Part shown: piece by piece, positions 44,740 through 52,768 of the stretch
Layout of the letters: the number at the start of each line of letters is the position of its first letter
Numbering within the stretch: the stretch's first letter is position 1
Assembly: GCA_963814875.1 (NCBI GenBank)
Contig: CAWFFJ010000041.1
Location: 19,062-83,061, forward strand
DNA length: 64,000 nucleotides
Direction: 5' to 3'
DNA from: an uncultured Acidobacteriota bacterium
GTDB lineage: Bacteria > Acidobacteriota > Thermoanaerobaculia > Thermoanaerobaculales > Sulfomarinibacteraceae
Notes under the pieces: model-generated
Told to the model about the DNA's origin: nothing
The model's input: only the letters and a program-made list of their open reading frames with translations
Database searches by the model: none
Position numbers and translations under genes: made by a program

Positions 44740-47550
44740 TCACCTTGACGCGGGACCGAGCGCGAGGCGGGCGACCACCGGATCGTGGTCGCTGGCACGC
44801 TCGGCAACCGGGAACTCGGCGTCGACGTGGACCACGTCGACCTCGGCGCCCGGCGCCAGCGACGGGCTCACGACAACGTGGTCGATGTCCTCCCCGCTGC
44901 CGCGGAACACGTAGCTGTAGCGCTCGTTCTCCGGGAGCTTCCAAGTCAGGTTGACCAGGCCGCCGCCCTCCAGTGCCCGCATCGGCGGCCGGTCCTGGCG
45001 CTCGTTGAAGTCGCCGAGGATCACGATCCGGGCCGTCGGGTCGGCGGCGAGCAGCCGGTCGGCGAGGTCGCGCACCGCGAATGCCTGCTCGCGCCGCTGC
45101 GCCTCGCTCGACCGCCGTGGGGGCTGGTGGAGCCCGAACAAGGGATCGTCGCCGCTCTTCGAGCTGAGGTGGACGACCACCACGAACAGCGGCCGACCCT
45201 CCACTTCGAGCTCGGCAACCAAGGGTCGCCGCGCGGCGAAGAAACCGCGCTCCGGGCCCTCGGCAAAGGCAGGATGATCGAGACGCGCGGGGCTCGCCGC
45301 CAGGTGCGGGCCGGGCTCGACCTCGACCGGACGGTCCCCACCGAGACCGCGCCGGACAGCTCGCACCCGAGCGGGGTCGACCAGGAGCGCGACCCGGATG
45401 TTGCTACCCGGCTGCCCGCCCTCCCGGTTGTTCTGCGGCTCGAGTGAAAGCCACTCATAGCGGGGCCCGCCCGCAGCCACGACCGCCCCGGCCAGCGCAT
45501 CGAGGGTCGCTGCCGCCGTCACCGTCCCGTTGTCGGTGGGACCGGAGTCGTCCTGGATCTCCTGAAGCGCCACCACCGCCGGCGCCCCGAGGTTGATCGC
45601 GATGACCCGCCCGATCCCCGGCAGCCGCTCAGAGCCGACCCACAGGTTCTCGACGTTGAAGGTGGCCATCGTGAGTCTGCCCGGGACGGTGCCGAGCGCC
45701 GTGGTCTCGGCCTCGAGCCCCCCCGGAACCAGCTTCGGGAAAGCATCGACGACGAGGCGGTAGCCGCCGTAGGCGGCGTCGAGCACCCCCTCAAAAGGCC
45801 CTGCGAAGTGATCACCGACCCGCGCCGCCGGGGCTGCGGGCCCGATCACCGGCAGCGCCTCGGGATTTGGGTCGCCCGGGGTGCCGAGCAGCCCACCGCG
45901 CGCCGTCCAGGGACCCGCGGAGGCACCGTCATCCGCGACCACCGTGATCTCACCGTAGTGGTTGGTCGGCCCGACCACCCGGGCGCCGTTGAGCCTGACC
46001 CGCATTCCCTCGAGGGCCTCGAAGGTGTCAACGGCGTCCTCGCCGGGATCCAAGACTGCGAGCCCGTCGTCCTCGGCGTTGCGGCCGGGGATCGGCCGGC
46101 CGGCCGACCCGAGCACCACCGCTGGCGGAAGCTGCGCGCCGTGAGACAGCACCTCGACCCGGGCTTCGGCCAGGCGGGTCGCAGGCAGGTCGTCAGGCCG
46201 CCCGACCTCGGCGACCCGGCCTTCGACACGGACCACGTCCCCCGGTACCACCTCGACGGCAGTGGCCGGCGCCACGAACAGGCCGTCGGAGGTGTCGGGA
46301 TCGCCGTCACCCGTAGGGTCCTGGATCCAGAACCCGCGGTCGCCGCCGCGCGCCCGTACCCCGGTGACCACGCCCTCGACGCCGCCGACCCACTCACCGA
46401 GCCGGGGCGAGATGTGGTCGGTGCCCTGGACGTCCATGATCCGAACTCCGGACGGCGTCCCCACCGCGAACGCCAGCACCTGGGTCCACTGCACCACCGG
46501 CTTGAAGTTGTTGTCGCTGATCAGGACCAGCAGGCGCCGCCCGTCCGGCAGCGCCGGGCCCAGGGCCATGCCCTCGAGGTTGTCCAGGGGAACCCCAACG
46601 GTGTTGAGGTCGAGCACCAGCTGCTTTGCCGCCGGGACCACCGCGCCGGCGTCGGCGAGGCGCTCGACGCCGGCGATGTCGGTCGCACCCTCGACGTCGA
46701 CACTGTAGAGCGCGGCGCCGTGGCCGACGCCGACCGCGAACCAGCGTTCGAGCGCGAGCAGGCCGCCATCGGGCAGCGCCAGTAGCTCGGAGAGGCCGTT
46801 GGTCGAAAAGGAGCCGGCGGGGCGCGGCTCGACCGGCACCGGGTCGACCGGATAGACGTACTCGGCCTCGACCCGGCCTTCGGGGAGCTCGAGCTCGAGG
46901 ATCCGCGACGGGCTGCCCTGGCCCGGTGCCGCCTCGGGACCGTCCTGGGCGAGCGCGTTCTCCGTCGCCGTCACCAGCATGCGGCCACCCTCGGCCAGGG
47001 TCATGCTCTCGAACGCGAGGTTGGTGCGCACGCCGCGCCCCTCGGCGGGCAGGTAGCGCTCGGGAAGAGGCAGCGAGCCGAGCACCTCCCCGTCCGCCGA
47101 GACCCGCGCGAGGAAAGGAGCGACCCCGCGCGGCGGATCGCCCTCGGAGCCCACGATGAGCGAGCCGTCGGCCAGGCGCACGATGCTCTCGAGATCGGCC
47201 GACCACGGCGGCAGCGGCGCCCCGTCGGCATCGTGCAGAACCGTCGCCGAGACCACGGTGACGCCGCCTTCTGCAAGCCGCCCCCCTTCGAGGTCGATCC
47301 GCAGGGTGAAGAAGCGGATCGGGTCGTCGATCCCGCGATCGTCGGAGACCGCGATCCACAGGTCGCGCGCCGGGTCCCAGGCGAGCGCGGAGAGGCCGCC
47401 GACCTCGAGGTTGTCGACCTTCAACCCGGTCGGGAGGCTGACGGCTCCGAGCAGCTCGAGCTCGACCGGTGCGGCCGCACCCACCGGGCGGCACAACGCG
47501 GCCGCCGCCACGAGCAGGATCGCGAGGTTCTTCGACCGTCCCATCGGCAC
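44740..47550 (-). CDS. secreted multidomain protein: phytase-like esterase domain + ExeM/NucH-type extracellular nuclease region + endonuclease/exonuclease/phosphatase (EEP) domain
   Basis: 936 aa with a signal peptide. N-terminal GGLSALAWDPARDLWIAVSDDRG (phytase-like esterase family). Middle IMDVQGTDHISPRLGEWV...FWIQDPTGDGDPDTSDGLFV. C-terminal MATFNVENLW...ALQEIQDDSG...ASDHDPVVA (EEP). Confidence 0.8.
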   Translation of the reverse strand: MPMGRSKNLAILLVAAAALCRPVGAAAPVELELLGAVSLPTGLKVDNLEVGGLSALAWDPARDLWIAVSDDRGIDDPIRFFTLRIDLEGGRLAEGGVTVVSATVLHDADGAPLPPWSADLESIVRLADGSLIVGSEGDPPRGVAPFLARVSADGEVLGSLPLPERYLPAEGRGVRTNLAFESMTLAEGGRMLVTATENALAQDGPEAAPGQGSPSRILELELPEGRVEAEYVYPVDPVPVEPRPAGSFSTNGLSELLALPDGGLLALERWFAVGVGHGAALYSVDVEGATDIAGVERLADAGAVVPAAKQLVLDLNTVGVPLDNLEGMALGPALPDGRRLLVLISDNNFKPVVQWTQVLAFAVGTPSGVRIMDVQGTDHISPRLGEWVGGVEGVVTGVRARGGDRGFWIQDPTGDGDPDTSDGLFVAPATAVEVVPGDVVRVEGRVAEVGRPDDLPATRLAEARVEVLSHGAQLPPAVVLGSAGRPIPGRNAEDDGLAVLDPGEDAVDTFEALEGMRVRLNGARVVGPTNHYGEITVVADDGASAGPWTARGGLLGTPGDPNPEALPVIGPAAPAARVGDHFAGPFEGVLDAAYGGYRLVVDAFPKLVPGGLEAETTALGTVPGRLTMATFNVENLWVGSERLPGIGRVIAINLGAPAVVALQEIQDDSGPTDNGTVTAAATLDALAGAVVAAGGPRYEWLSLEPQNNREGGQPGSNIRVALLVDPARVRAVRRGLGGDRPVEVEPGPHLAASPARLDHPAFAEGPERGFFAARRPLVAELEVEGRPLFVVVVHLSSKSGDDPLFGLHQPPRRSSEAQRREQAFAVRDLADRLLAADPTARIVILGDFNERQDRPPMRALEGGGLVNLTWKLPENERYSYVFRGSGEDIDHVVVSPSLAPGAEVDVVHVDAEFPVAERASDHDPVVARLALGPASR

Positions 47551-47605
47551 CTCCGGGTCCGCCGGACGGCGGACCTGGAGAGCTTCGACCGGCCCGCCCT
47601 CGGTG

Positions 47606-48511
47606 TCAATGGCGCGGCGGCAGCTCCTCGAGCAGGTTCGCGAAGCCCGGGTCCACCCGGCTCAGGAACTCGGGGCCGAGCGCTCGGTAGGCGACCAGGA
47701 TCGGCAGTAGGAGCACGGTCCCGAGGTAGGGCAGGGCGAGCAGCACGAACCCCATGCAGCACGACATCAGGCCGACCGCGACGATCCCGATGCCGACCAC
47801 GATCGCGAGCCCGAGCAGCATCAGGCCGTAGACAACGAACGCCCACGGGTCGCGCGAGACCCACGGCAGCAGAGCATCCCAGGCACGGCCCACCGGGAGA
47901 TCGAAGCGGACCATGATCGGGACCACGAAGTTGTCGAGCAGCAGCAGCACGAAGGCGGACAGCAGGGCGAAGGTCGCCCACAGGACCGCCACCGTCACGA
48001 CTCCGAGCGGGCCGTGCGCGATCTGGACGGTGAGGAAGATCAGTACCCCTGCGATGCCGAGCGCCCCGCCGACGAAGGCGATGCGAAAGGCGAACAGCGA
48101 GTCCCCGAGCCGTCCGAGGCGCCGCCACGGTTCACGGACCTCGGCGCGGCCGCGGGCGACGTTGTCGAGGAAAATCACCTTGCCGCGCGAGCTCAGCCAC
48201 AGCAGCAGCACCACCAGAACGAGCGCGAGCACGACACCGACGAGCACCAGCGGCCCCCACCGGGTCTCGGCCCACAGCCGGTGCCACTCGCGCCCGAAGA
48301 TGCGCAGCACGCCGCTGAAGTCGCGGCTCGAGCCGACGTGGGAGAGGTCGCGGACCGGAAACGAGCCGCCGCCCCCGCCGCCACCCGCCAGCCGGGCGAG
48401 CCAGGCCGTGAAGCCGAGCACCAGCCAGGTGCCGAGGTCGAAGGGTTCGAGCAGCATGCGGCGCGCCCGCCGCCAGGCGCAGCCGAGGGTCTCGCCGTAG
48501 GCAACGGCCAT
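47606..48511 (-). CDS. polytopic membrane protein of unknown function
   Basis: Shortened from ORF 47606..49507. ATG 48511 is preceded by AAGGAGG. 302 aa, about 6 TM helices, and a Gly7 tract. The upstream 330 aa of the track ORF overlap the FAD/Fe-S gene in another frame. Confidence 0.6.
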   Translation of the reverse strand: MAVAYGETLGCAWRRARRMLLEPFDLGTWLVLGFTAWLARLAGGGGGGGSFPVRDLSHVGSSRDFSGVLRIFGREWHRLWAETRWGPLVLVGVVLALVLVVLLLWLSSRGKVIFLDNVARGRAEVREPWRRLGRLGDSLFAFRIAFVGGALGIAGVLIFLTVQIAHGPLGVVTVAVLWATFALLSAFVLLLLDNFVVPIMVRFDLPVGRAWDALLPWVSRDPWAFVVYGLMLLGLAIVVGIGIVAVGLMSCCMGFVLLALPYLGTVLLLPILVAYRALGPEFLSRVDPGFANLLEELPPRH

Positions 48512-48584
48512 CCAAACCTCCTTGTGGCAGCTTCCCAGTACCTGAAACGCACGCGGGGCCCGTGCGGTTCGGGCCGGGGCCGCC

Positions 48585-51437
48585 TCAGCTCGCCTCGCCC
48601 CTTCCGTCGAACGCCGAGGCGAGCAGCTCCGCCATGTGCAGCGCGCGGGCTCCGGCGAGCTGGTCCACCTGGTGGCGGCAGCTGGTTCCGGAGGCGACCA
48701 GGAGGGTGCCCTCCGGCAGCGCGGTGATCCGCTCGAGCAGCGGACGCGCCACGGCCCGGGACAGCTCGTCTGAGGCGCGCACCATCCCGAACGCCCCGGC
48801 CATGCCGCAGCAGCCGGTGTCGAGCAGACGTGCGCGGCTGCCCGGGATCTGCCGCACCAACTCGACCATCGCGCCGAGGTCGGCCAGGGCCTTGGCGTGG
48901 CAGTGGGCGTGAATCGCCACCTCGAGCCCCGAGGCCGCGAACGAGAGCGCGTTCGGGCGGCGCGCCAGCTCAGCCGCCAGGAAGGTCTCGAGCAGGACCG
49001 CCCGCTGGCCGACCGTTTCGGCACCCGACAGGCCGAGCTGGCGGTAGTCGTCGACAAACATCGACCAGCAGGAGGGCTCGAGGAAGACGATCGGGGCGTC
49101 GCCCTCGGCGAGCAGCGCGAGGTTGTGCTCGCCGAGGCGGCGGACCTCGTCGAGCAGGCCCCGGCTCGCCGCCGGCCGGCCGCAGCACGCCCGGTCCTCG
49201 GCGAGCCGGACCGCGAACCCGGCGGCCTCGAGTACCGTGACCGCGGCCTTGCCGATCCCCGGCTCGTGGTAGCGCACCCAGGTGTCGTCCCACAGGATGA
49301 CCTCGCGACGCCGGGCGGCTGTCGGTGCCGGCCGACGGCGCGCGAACCAGCGGTCGAAGCGCTCGCGGGCGAAGGGCGGCAGCGGGCGGTCGGCGTTGAG
49401 GCCGAGCACCGCCTCGAGCAGCACCCGGACCGGTCTGGCGGCAAGCAGGGCGTTGGCGAGCGGCGCCGTGCGCGTCCCGATCCGCCCGAGCAGGTCCGCA
49501 GCTGCAATCACCCGGTCGAGCAGCGGGACGCCGTCGAGGCGGTGGCGGGCGTGGACCAGGTCGGCCTTGAGCTGGGCGAGGTCGACGTTGGACGGACACT
49601 CGGCCTTGCACGCCTTGCACGACAGGCAGCTCTCCAGCACCTCCTCGAGCCCTGCCGCGAGCACACCTCTGCCGACCGGGTCGTCGAGCCGGCCCTCAAG
49701 GGCGGCGCGGATCGTGTTCGCCCGTCCGCGGGTGGACATCGCCTCGTCCCCACTGGCGATGAAGGTCGGACACATGGTGGGCGCATCCTTGCGGCACCCG
49801 CCGCAGCCGTTGCACTGCTCGAGGTTGGCCACGAAAGACCCGTCGCGGTCGACGAACTGCATCTCTGGATGAAACGGCAGCGGTATCTCGGCCCCGGCGC
49901 CCTGCCGTAGGTCGGCGTCGATCCGAAAGCGCCCGTCGTCGACGATCTTGCCCGGGTTGAGCACGCCCGTCGGATCGAACAGCCGTTTCATCTCCGCAGT
50001 CAGCTCGACCAGCTCTGCTCCCAGGTGGTCGGCAAGGTACGCGGTGCGGGTGATGCCGACGCCGTGCTCGGCCGCCAGCGAGCCCCGGAAGCGGCGCACG
50101 AGCTCTGACACGCCGTCGGCGACCCGCCGCATCTTGGCCACGTCCTCGGCAGTGTGGAGGTCGAGGGTGGGGCGGACGTGGAGCTCGCCCGATGCGGCGT
50201 GGCCGTAGAACGAGGCCTCGAGGCCGAGCGGCTCGAGCAGCGCCCTGAGCCCGGCGACGTAGGCCGGCAACTGCTCCGGGCGCACGCACACGTCCTCAAT
50301 GCCGGTGGTCGGCTTGGCCGGACCGCGGCGGCTGGTGAGCAGCGAGAGGCCGGCGCGGCGCAGCGACCACACCAGCTCCTGCTCGGTCGGGTCCGTGATC
50401 AGCAGTGTGTCGAGACCAAGCCTGCGCCGGGCGACTTCGGCGAGGCCATCCTCCACGTTGTCGAAGAACTCGACCACCAGCATCGCCTCGCACGGGCGCT
50501 CGTCGAGGCCAAGGAGAGCGCGGGCGCGGGCGAAGGCGAGCCGGCCCCGGGTCTGGTCGAAGAGCAGGCGGTCGATGTGCTCGATCGCCGCCGCCTGGAG
50601 GTCGAGCAGCTCGACCGTCGCCTTCATGGCCTCCTCGACAGACGCGAAGAAGACCACCGCCAGCGCCCGCCGCGCCGGCAGCGGCACCACCCGCAGCTCG
50701 GCGGCGGTGATCACCGCCAGGGTGCCCTCGCTGCCGGCGATCAGTCGGCTGAGGTCGCCCGTCGCCCGAAGGTAGCGGTCGAATCCGAAACCCGGTCTAC
50801 GCTTGACCAGCCCGGGCGGGAGCCGCTCGGCGATCGCTTCGGCGCGGGCGCGGACCAGGGCGTCAGCGCGCTCCCGGATCGACGGCAGACCGTCGCGCTC
50901 GGCGCCGACCTCGGCGACCGTTCCGTCGCCGAGGACGACCTCCACCGACACGACGTGGTCGACGGTGGTGCCGTAGACCGGAGCGTGGGCGCCGGACGAG
51001 TTGTTGGCGATCATCCCGCCGAGGGTCGCCCGCGACGATGTCGCGACATCGGGACCGAACCACAGCCCGTGCGGCCGGAGGAACGCGTTGAGCTGGTCGA
51101 GCACCACGCCCGCCCCGACCCGTACCGTGCGCCACTCGAGGTCGAGATTGTTGATCCATCGGGTGCGACGGGCGAGGTCGAGCACCAGGCCGTCACCGAG
51201 CGCTCCTCCAGCGAGCCCCGTCCCTGCGCCACGAGGCGTGACGGCAAGGCCCGCCTCGACAGCCGCGGACAGCACGCTCGCGGTCTCGGCAGCGTCACGA
51301 GGGAAGGCCACCGCCGCCGGCACCACCTGGTGGATCGACGCGTCGGTTGCGTACAGGTTGCGAGTGAGGTCGTCTCGGCGCACCTCGCACTTTGTCGCCT
51401 CGAGCATCTGGAACCAGCGTGGACCGCTCGCCGTCAC
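48585..51437 (-). CDS. FAD-binding and (Fe-S)-binding domain-containing oxidoreductase (GlcD-like FAD oxidase fused to a 4Fe-4S dicluster and CCG domains)
   Basis: 950 aa. FAD_binding_4 (VTPRGAGTGLAGGALG), Fe-S region (CNGCGGCRKDAPTMCP...CLSCKACKAECP), C-terminal Cys-rich CCG-type repeats (TGCCGMAG). An alternative start is ATG 51407. Confidence 0.88.
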   Translation of the reverse strand: MTASGPRWFQMLEATKCEVRRDDLTRNLYATDASIHQVVPAAVAFPRDAAETASVLSAAVEAGLAVTPRGAGTGLAGGALGDGLVLDLARRTRWINNLDLEWRTVRVGAGVVLDQLNAFLRPHGLWFGPDVATSSRATLGGMIANNSSGAHAPVYGTTVDHVVSVEVVLGDGTVAEVGAERDGLPSIRERADALVRARAEAIAERLPPGLVKRRPGFGFDRYLRATGDLSRLIAGSEGTLAVITAAELRVVPLPARRALAVVFFASVEEAMKATVELLDLQAAAIEHIDRLLFDQTRGRLAFARARALLGLDERPCEAMLVVEFFDNVEDGLAEVARRRLGLDTLLITDPTEQELVWSLRRAGLSLLTSRRGPAKPTTGIEDVCVRPEQLPAYVAGLRALLEPLGLEASFYGHAASGELHVRPTLDLHTAEDVAKMRRVADGVSELVRRFRGSLAAEHGVGITRTAYLADHLGAELVELTAEMKRLFDPTGVLNPGKIVDDGRFRIDADLRQGAGAEIPLPFHPEMQFVDRDGSFVANLEQCNGCGGCRKDAPTMCPTFIASGDEAMSTRGRANTIRAALEGRLDDPVGRGVLAAGLEEVLESCLSCKACKAECPSNVDLAQLKADLVHARHRLDGVPLLDRVIAAADLLGRIGTRTAPLANALLAARPVRVLLEAVLGLNADRPLPPFARERFDRWFARRRPAPTAARRREVILWDDTWVRYHEPGIGKAAVTVLEAAGFAVRLAEDRACCGRPAASRGLLDEVRRLGEHNLALLAEGDAPIVFLEPSCWSMFVDDYRQLGLSGAETVGQRAVLLETFLAAELARRPNALSFAASGLEVAIHAHCHAKALADLGAMVELVRQIPGSRARLLDTGCCGMAGAFGMVRASDELSRAVARPLLERITALPEGTLLVASGTSCRHQVDQLAGARALHMAELLASAFDGRGEAS

Positions 51438-51584
51438 GGAGCCATTGTACGGGGCCCGTGCGGGTGCAGCGGCCGCGCCTCTCGACAGCCACGCCGGGGC
51501 GCCCTGTGGCGAGCCATGGTGTCAGCTCTGTCCGACCGAGGTTCTGCGCGAACGGTGTGCTTGAACGATTCTCGGCTCGTGGGG

Positions 51585-51612
51585 TTGCATTCCGCCATAG
51601 TTAGCTTATACT
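51585..51612 (+). promoter_or_regulatory. sigma70-like promoter candidate (TTGCAT-16 nt-TATACT)
   Basis: It lies in the only AT-rich stretch of the 51438-51685 divergent gap, about 74 nt upstream of ATG 51686. Confidence 0.4.
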
Positions 51613-51685
51613 AGGTATCAGTAAGTATTTGATCCAACACGTACTGCCCGGCAGAACCACGATGGTCTTTGAGGGAGGAAGCTCG

Positions 51686-52639
51686 ATGCGAAGGATTGCT
51701 CTTGTGTTGTTGCTGTGCTGCTCCGCTGCCGGCTGGGTGACCGCGGCGCCCGGCGACCTGGTCCAGAACGTCAACCTGCCAGTGACGGGGTACGGCGTCA
51801 GCGTGGGCGTCGACTGCAACGGCAACGTGTACTACACGCTCGACTCGAATTCCAACCTGTACAAGATGGACAAGGACGGCAACCTGCTCGACACGATCCC
51901 GGTGGGCGCGTTCTTCGACGAGATCTCGTGGGACAACGGCCGCGGCGTGTTCTGGGCGGTCCTCCACGGCTCCAACCCGGTCGACGTCTACACCATCGAC
52001 CCCACCAGCGGCACCGCGACCTTCAAGTTCACCAGCAGCACCAACAGCATCGGGACCTTCCGCGACGGGCTCGCCTACGACGCCTCGGACGACTCCCTGT
52101 GGATCTCCGGCGACGTCAGCTCGACCGTCGAGCACCACGCCTCGGACGGGACCAACCTCGGCGCGATCACGCCCAAGAACTCCGGCGGCGGCAATCTCGG
52201 CACCATCAGCGGCGTGTTCGCCGGCGTCGGCGACCTGCTCTACTTGGGGCAGGACGGCAGCCAGCAGATCGTCCAGGTCAAGAAGAGCGACGGCACCTTC
52301 ATCGCCACCTTCGCCTCGCCGGGCGGCGCGCGCGACGAGGGCCTCGAGTGCGACTCGGTGAACTTCGCGCCGCTGACCGTGCTGTGGTCGCGCGAGTTCA
52401 ACACACCCGGGTTCTGCTCGGTGATCGAGCTCGCCCCGGGCTCCTGTTTCTGCGGCGGCGCGCCCGAGCCGACGCCCGAGGGCACGCCGGGTACGCCCAC
52501 GCCGACCCCGACCGCCACCCCGCGCATCACGCCGACCCCGCCGCAGCCGGTGCCCACGAACACCCCGACGGGTCTGTTCGTGCTCGCCGGCCTGCTCGCG
52601 GCCGCGGGTGTGTTCCTGCTCCTGCGCCGGCTCGTTTGA
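51686..52639 (+). CDS. exported beta-propeller-like (NHL/SMP-30-like) protein with PT-rich linker and C-terminal TM/basic tail
   Basis: In ORF 51629..52639. ATG 51686 follows GGAGGAAG. Signal peptide MRRIALVLLLCCSAAGWVTAAPG. Repeats such as DCNGNVYYT and DDSLWISGD. C-terminus PTPTPTATPRITPTPPQPVPTNTPTGLFVLAGLLAAAGVFLLLRRLV. Confidence 0.75.
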   Translation: MRRIALVLLLCCSAAGWVTAAPGDLVQNVNLPVTGYGVSVGVDCNGNVYYTLDSNSNLYKMDKDGNLLDTIPVGAFFDEISWDNGRGVFWAVLHGSNPVDVYTIDPTSGTATFKFTSSTNSIGTFRDGLAYDASDDSLWISGDVSSTVEHHASDGTNLGAITPKNSGGGNLGTISGVFAGVGDLLYLGQDGSQQIVQVKKSDGTFIATFASPGGARDEGLECDSVNFAPLTVLWSREFNTPGFCSVIELAPGSCFCGGAPEPTPEGTPGTPTPTPTATPRITPTPPQPVPTNTPTGLFVLAGLLAAAGVFLLLRRLV

Positions 52640-52664
52640 GCCTGACGTCCTGCCTGTGACACGC

Positions 52665-52688
52665 GGGCCGGCCCCTCGGGGCCGGCCC
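52665..52688 (+). terminator. rho-independent terminator candidate
   Basis: GGGCCGGCCC-CTCG-GGGCCGGCCC (10-bp GC stem, 4-nt loop) followed by GTTGTCGTT, 26 nt after the stop at 52639. Confidence 0.6.
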
Positions 52689-52768
52689 GTTGTCGTTCAG
52701 GCGAGCCCGCCTGGACAGCGCGGCCCCGGGCGCCGTAGGCTGACTCGCGACGGGGAGGACACGACGCG

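Noticed and set aside
48512-49507. N-terminal 330 aa of ORF 47606..49507 (633 aa).
   Set aside because: This part overlaps the 3' end of the FAD/Fe-S oxidase gene in another frame and is Arg/Pro/Ser-rich. A strong AAGGAGG-ATG at 48511 begins the hydrophobic, coding-like part, so the gene was shortened to 47606..48511.
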